Assembly: GCF_028641065.1 (NCBI RefSeq)
Contig: NC_073408.1
Coordinates: 10,044,001 to 10,108,000 of the forward strand
From: Leucoraja erinacea
Lineage: Eukaryota
Reading direction: 5' to 3'
DNA length: 64,000 nucleotides
Part shown: in pieces, positions 60,271 through 64,000 of the stretch
Numbering within the stretch: the first letter of the stretch is position 1
Layout of the letters: the number at the start of each line of letters is the position of its first letter
Made by a program: the position numbers and the translations under genes
Notes under the pieces: generated by a model
The model's database searches: none
Told to the model about the DNA's origin: nothing
The model's input: the letters and a program-made list of their open reading frames with translations, nothing else

Positions 60271-61617
60271 CCATGAGTGGCCTCTCCCCAACACAAGTCC
60301 GACTCAGTAAAATCTAAAGCAAACTAAATGAACCACTGCTGAGTTGTACCGCACGGAACAGCAGTAACTGAAGCCCATATCCTGTGACCGAGGTGGAGGA
60401 AATGAATTTTAAAAGCTGTTGTCGGACAGGTGTTTGTTGAAAGGTTATTGACACATGGGACTTCTCCCTAAAAGAGGATGATGGTGATTTATGGTTCAGG
60501 TGGGTGGCGGGGGGGGGGAGGGGGGGGAGATAGGCCTGAGGCCTGCAGGGAAGCCCACTAGTGTTAGCAAAACCCACGGCATGAGGGCAGCAAGCTAAAA
60601 TGGCTGTTGATTTTCTTTGTGCTCCTCAGTGTAACTTTAAGCAGCTTAATAGCTGAGGAATTTTCTCCTGTGCAGCTGGGAATGTTGTGTCAGGAGAACG
60701 GTTTCCCTGCCTGTGGGGTCTTGGTTGCATCAAAGGTAACGACATTGATATGCACTCACAGTACAGTCACATCCTTGATGATTCTTTAAAAACTTTCCAC
60801 CTTATAATTCAGATACCTGTCCTTATCACCCATGCATGCTCAGGAGAAAGCAGCCAGGATTTCCTTCACTGCTCCCTATTGTCGAGGTTCCTGATCAGAA
60901 ATTGCATTCCCTGCCTCCCTAATGTAGGGAGATGTCCAGATATTTTGCTGTGTGTCCCCCCCCTTCCATCATTATTAAACAGCCCAATATCCTCCCTCCC
61001 CCTCTCCCACCACGGCTGCTATCCATCTCCATGTCACTGAACGAGTCAGGGTTCTGGGTTTCACAGCCTCACTCGTTCTCCCAGGGACCGTATGAATTAT
61101 GAACCCTCCTCTGGTTGCCATGGCGATGATGGACTTATTTCTCTTCCTAAATCTAATTACTGTCTAATATCCAGCACTTCACAAAGAACACCAGAGATGC
61201 AGAGTGCAGTGGCAGCTGGTGGAATATGGGCCTGCTTGCCTGAGCAGCAGCTGTGACAAATGAATAATTTGTACCCTATCAGTCTGAAAGGCTCGTGGAA
61301 TGTAAATGTTGCCCCATCCATCATGGGGGAGTGATCCAAAGGAGGGACACACCAAAAGAGCCATCAACTGCCTGCAGATGACAGGAGGACTGGCCACAGC
61401 AGCTTGAGGGGATTCGCCTGTCATTGTTGGTTAGACTGAGGCAGTGTCCAGTAACATTTATATCCTAAGCTCCCACAAGGAGGCTTGCCTTGCGTTGGTG
61501 GACATCCTCCCATTTTTTGTTTGATTTGGATTAAGCTTCGGTAATCAGTTCAGATAAAAGCCATCGCCTAGGAGATGCTGTTCTGCTGTCCGCAACAGGT
61601 GGCATTTTGATTTGACG

Positions 61618-61812
61618 ATAGACACAAAGTGCTGGAGTGACTCAGTGGGTCAGGCAGTGTCTCTGGAGAAACAGGATAGGTGACGTTTCAGGTCAGAACC
61701 CGTTTTGAGACTGATCCTTTTTCTCCAGAGATGCTGCCTGAGACCCACTCCAGCCAGCACTTAGTTTCTAACTTCAGTATGAACCAGCATCTGCAATTCA
61801 TTTCTGTACATT
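61618..61812. mobile_element. Penelope pLTR foldback
   Basis: GTCAGGCAGTGTCTCTGGAGAAA is inverted against TTTCTCCAGAGATGCTGCCTGA. Confidence 0.75.
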
Positions 61813-61847
61813 TTGATTTGAGTTGCTCCACTTGTGTTCACTTGGAT

Positions 61848-62260
61848 TCAGGTTCAGGTTTGTTCTTGTCTCGTGCACTGAGGTACAGTCAAAATCTTTC
61901 CTTTGCATGCTATCCAGTCAAGTCAACTAATACTATACATAAATACAATCAAGTCAAACTCTAGTACAATAGGTAAAAGAGATGTAAAGTGCATCATATA
62001 GTTCTCAGCATTGTAAGGCACGAGTTCCATAAAGTCCAATGTCTGCAATGGGGTAGAGGTGAATTGGACAGGATCCTAGCTTATGTTAGGACCATTCAGA
62101 CTCAGGAACAGTTTCATACCCTCTGTTATTGGGCTTGTGAATGGTCCTAACATAAGCTAGGATCCTGATGATCGGTGTGGAAGAAGTCTTGGTGTTGGTT
62201 GTTTCCCCAAGGCATTGTGAAGTGTAGCTGGAGTCAATGGTGGGGAGTCTGGTCTCAAAG
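61848..62260 (-). mobile_element. Rex1/Babar LINE 3' end
   Basis: Antisense of the 37475-37950 family; TRLPTIDSSYTSQCLG on the minus strand; small internal inversion at about 62085-62170. Confidence 0.7.
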
Positions 62261-62454
62261 TCAAAGTCGTAGTCAAAACCACAATGAAACCAGTGGGCTT
62301 CATTGCATCTTCCCAAATGATGCCACTGTGGAAATTGCCCAGGAGAAACCAACAATGAACATAACCCTGAACCATGATTGATTGCTTTAGCATTCCTTGT
62401 GTGATCTAATTTCTGCTCTTGAAGAATGCCAGTATTGAGGAATAGGGATAGGAA

Positions 62455-62680
62455 TACTTTGTCACATGTGACTAGGCACAGTGAAATTCTTTGCTTGTAA
62501 CCACAATGTATACAAATAGCAGCCACCTACGGCACTGACAAAGTTACAAAACACAACGCACCCCCCCATTTGACCCCCTCCCCCCAACAGTTCCTCCACG
62601 CCAGGCCCTTCGTTATCCTTCCCCCCCCCCCCCCCCCCCCCCCACTGTGATCCTCCACCATTTTATTATGTTTGAGCTTT
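62455..62680 (-). mobile_element. Non-autonomous Rex-tailed element
   Basis: TTTGTCACATGTGACTAGGCACAGTGAAATTC tail motif and a C-rich body. Confidence 0.45.
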
Positions 62681-63197
62681 ATATTACAGTACTGATATAG
62701 ATTGAGCACCACACACTGGCAATATTTTTTCCATTCAATAGGCAATAAAAATGAATGATTAGAATTATAGAGGCAGTCCGTTCTGCCCGTCATGCCGTTG
62801 ACAGCAACTCTGACAGAGCGTTCTAATTGTTCACACTGCTCTGCTCTTCACCATAAGCCTGGCAATTCTCTTGGAACTTATGCACTTTCTAAAGCTGCAT
62901 ATTATTGGAATCTGGTTCCAGCAACCTTTCAGGCAGTGCCTTGCTGCTCACAACTCACTGGGAGAAGAGAGAAAACCCAACACCTCTCACATCCAGAAGG
63001 ACCGTGGTTCAGTGGGTTATTTGGCCATAGTTACTTTCTCCTAGTGTGTAGACGTGTGGTGGAATCTGGGTGGGAAAGCTGTTGAGAGGAATATGGAGAG
63101 AATAAAATAGAATTTATGTAGATCGGTGCTTGGTGGTCAGTGTGAATTCAGTACGCCAAAGGGTAGATTTTCATGCTGTTAGACTCTATGACTAATA

Positions 63198-63396
63198 CAG
63201 ATGCTCCCCGACTTACGATGCTTCGACTTACGATATTTTGACTTTACGATCGGCAAATGCTGGGCAACGGCAGCGAGCCGCACGCCACTTACGGACACGT
63301 GATCGCAATGTATTAAATGCGTTTTCGACTTGCGACATTTTCGATTTACGAAAGGTTTATTAGAGAGTAACCCCATCGTAGATCGAGGAGCAGCTG
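63198..63396. mobile_element. TcMar-Tigger MITE (Tigger5/MER47-like)
   Basis: TA TSDs (63196-63197 / 63397-63398); TIRs CAGATGCTCCCCGACTTACGATG and CATCGTAGATCGAGGAGCAGCTG; subterminal CGACTTACGA repeats. Confidence 0.9.
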
Positions 63397-63789
63397 TACC
63401 CCACTCCCACCCCACACTCTACACTTATTTTGTGATGTGCCACTCTCCGATATCTGAGCACTGACGAGGTCATCTGTCTCATTAAACCCATCAGTCCAAC
63501 TTCCCCACGATTTCTCCATAATTCTGCAAAGTGATTTTCTCTGAAATACACGGGCAATTGTCTATTGGAAAGCCCGATTCTTGCGAGCAGGTGATGAACA
63601 CTGCATGAAACATTTACCTCACACACCCCTGTACTTTTGTTTGAGAAACTTTAAATCAGTTTCTGTGAGCCTTGACCCTCTAATTGCCCTTTGTAAATCA
63701 GACATAATCTTGTGCACCTTGATCACATCTCCTCTCTACCTTCCTGGCTCCAGAAGGAGCAATCCAAGCATTTCCATTACATTTGTCTA

Positions 63790-64000
63790 TTTGTCTATTA
63801 TTGTCACATGCACCAAGGTACGGTGAAAAGTATTTGCTTGTGCGCTATCCAGTCTAAAGAAAAGACTATACATCAAGATAATACAATCAAGCCATCCTCT
63901 GCGCAAAAATATAGGATAAACGATAGAATATTTAGTGCACAGATCTAACATTGACGTCCGATAAAGTCCAATTAAAGAAACTTCAAAGGTCTTCAATAAG
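63790..64000 (-). mobile_element. Rex1/Babar LINE 3' UTR (runs off the window)
   Basis: TTATTGTCACATGCACCAAGGTACGGTGAAAAG..CTATCCAGTC. Confidence 0.75.

Noticed and set aside
60676-60735. 60-nt candidate exon (TTTTCTCCTGTGCAG|..AAG|GTAACG)
   Set aside because: Plausible splice signals but no recognisable peptide and no partner exons; unsupported without RNA data.

Overview
Repeat-rich vertebrate genomic DNA, probably intronic or intergenic. The repeat complement points to a cartilaginous fish, probably a skate or ray; this is inferred from recalled family consensus sequences, not from a search. I recognise no host protein-coding exon, rRNA or true tRNA gene. The only interpretable ORF translations are decayed retroelement proteins: CR1 RT C-termini, Rex1/Babar C-termini and a Penelope RT plus GIY-YIG domain. 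The window holds about 20 tRNA-derived V-SINEs (HE1-like), about 20 CR1 fragments and many Rex1/Babar 3' ends, with non-autonomous elements sharing their tail. It also holds more than 20 short Penelope pLTR pieces, many as TSD-flanked foldbacks and some with minimal hammerhead-ribozyme cores. Single elements include a Helitron, a hAT MITE (8-bp TSD), a Tigger5/MER47-like MITE (TA TSD) and DeuSINE relics. Most notable: (1) a lone 209-bp LTR joined to 28 nt of tRNA-Leu 3' sequence that runs past the 18-nt PBS, with a substitution exactly at m1A58; (2) the Penelope hairpin/hammerhead mini-elements; (3) a 3' stem-loop shared in structure but not sequence across Rex-tailed families; (4) a near-perfect 126-bp palindrome. 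Boundaries of old repeats are approximate.
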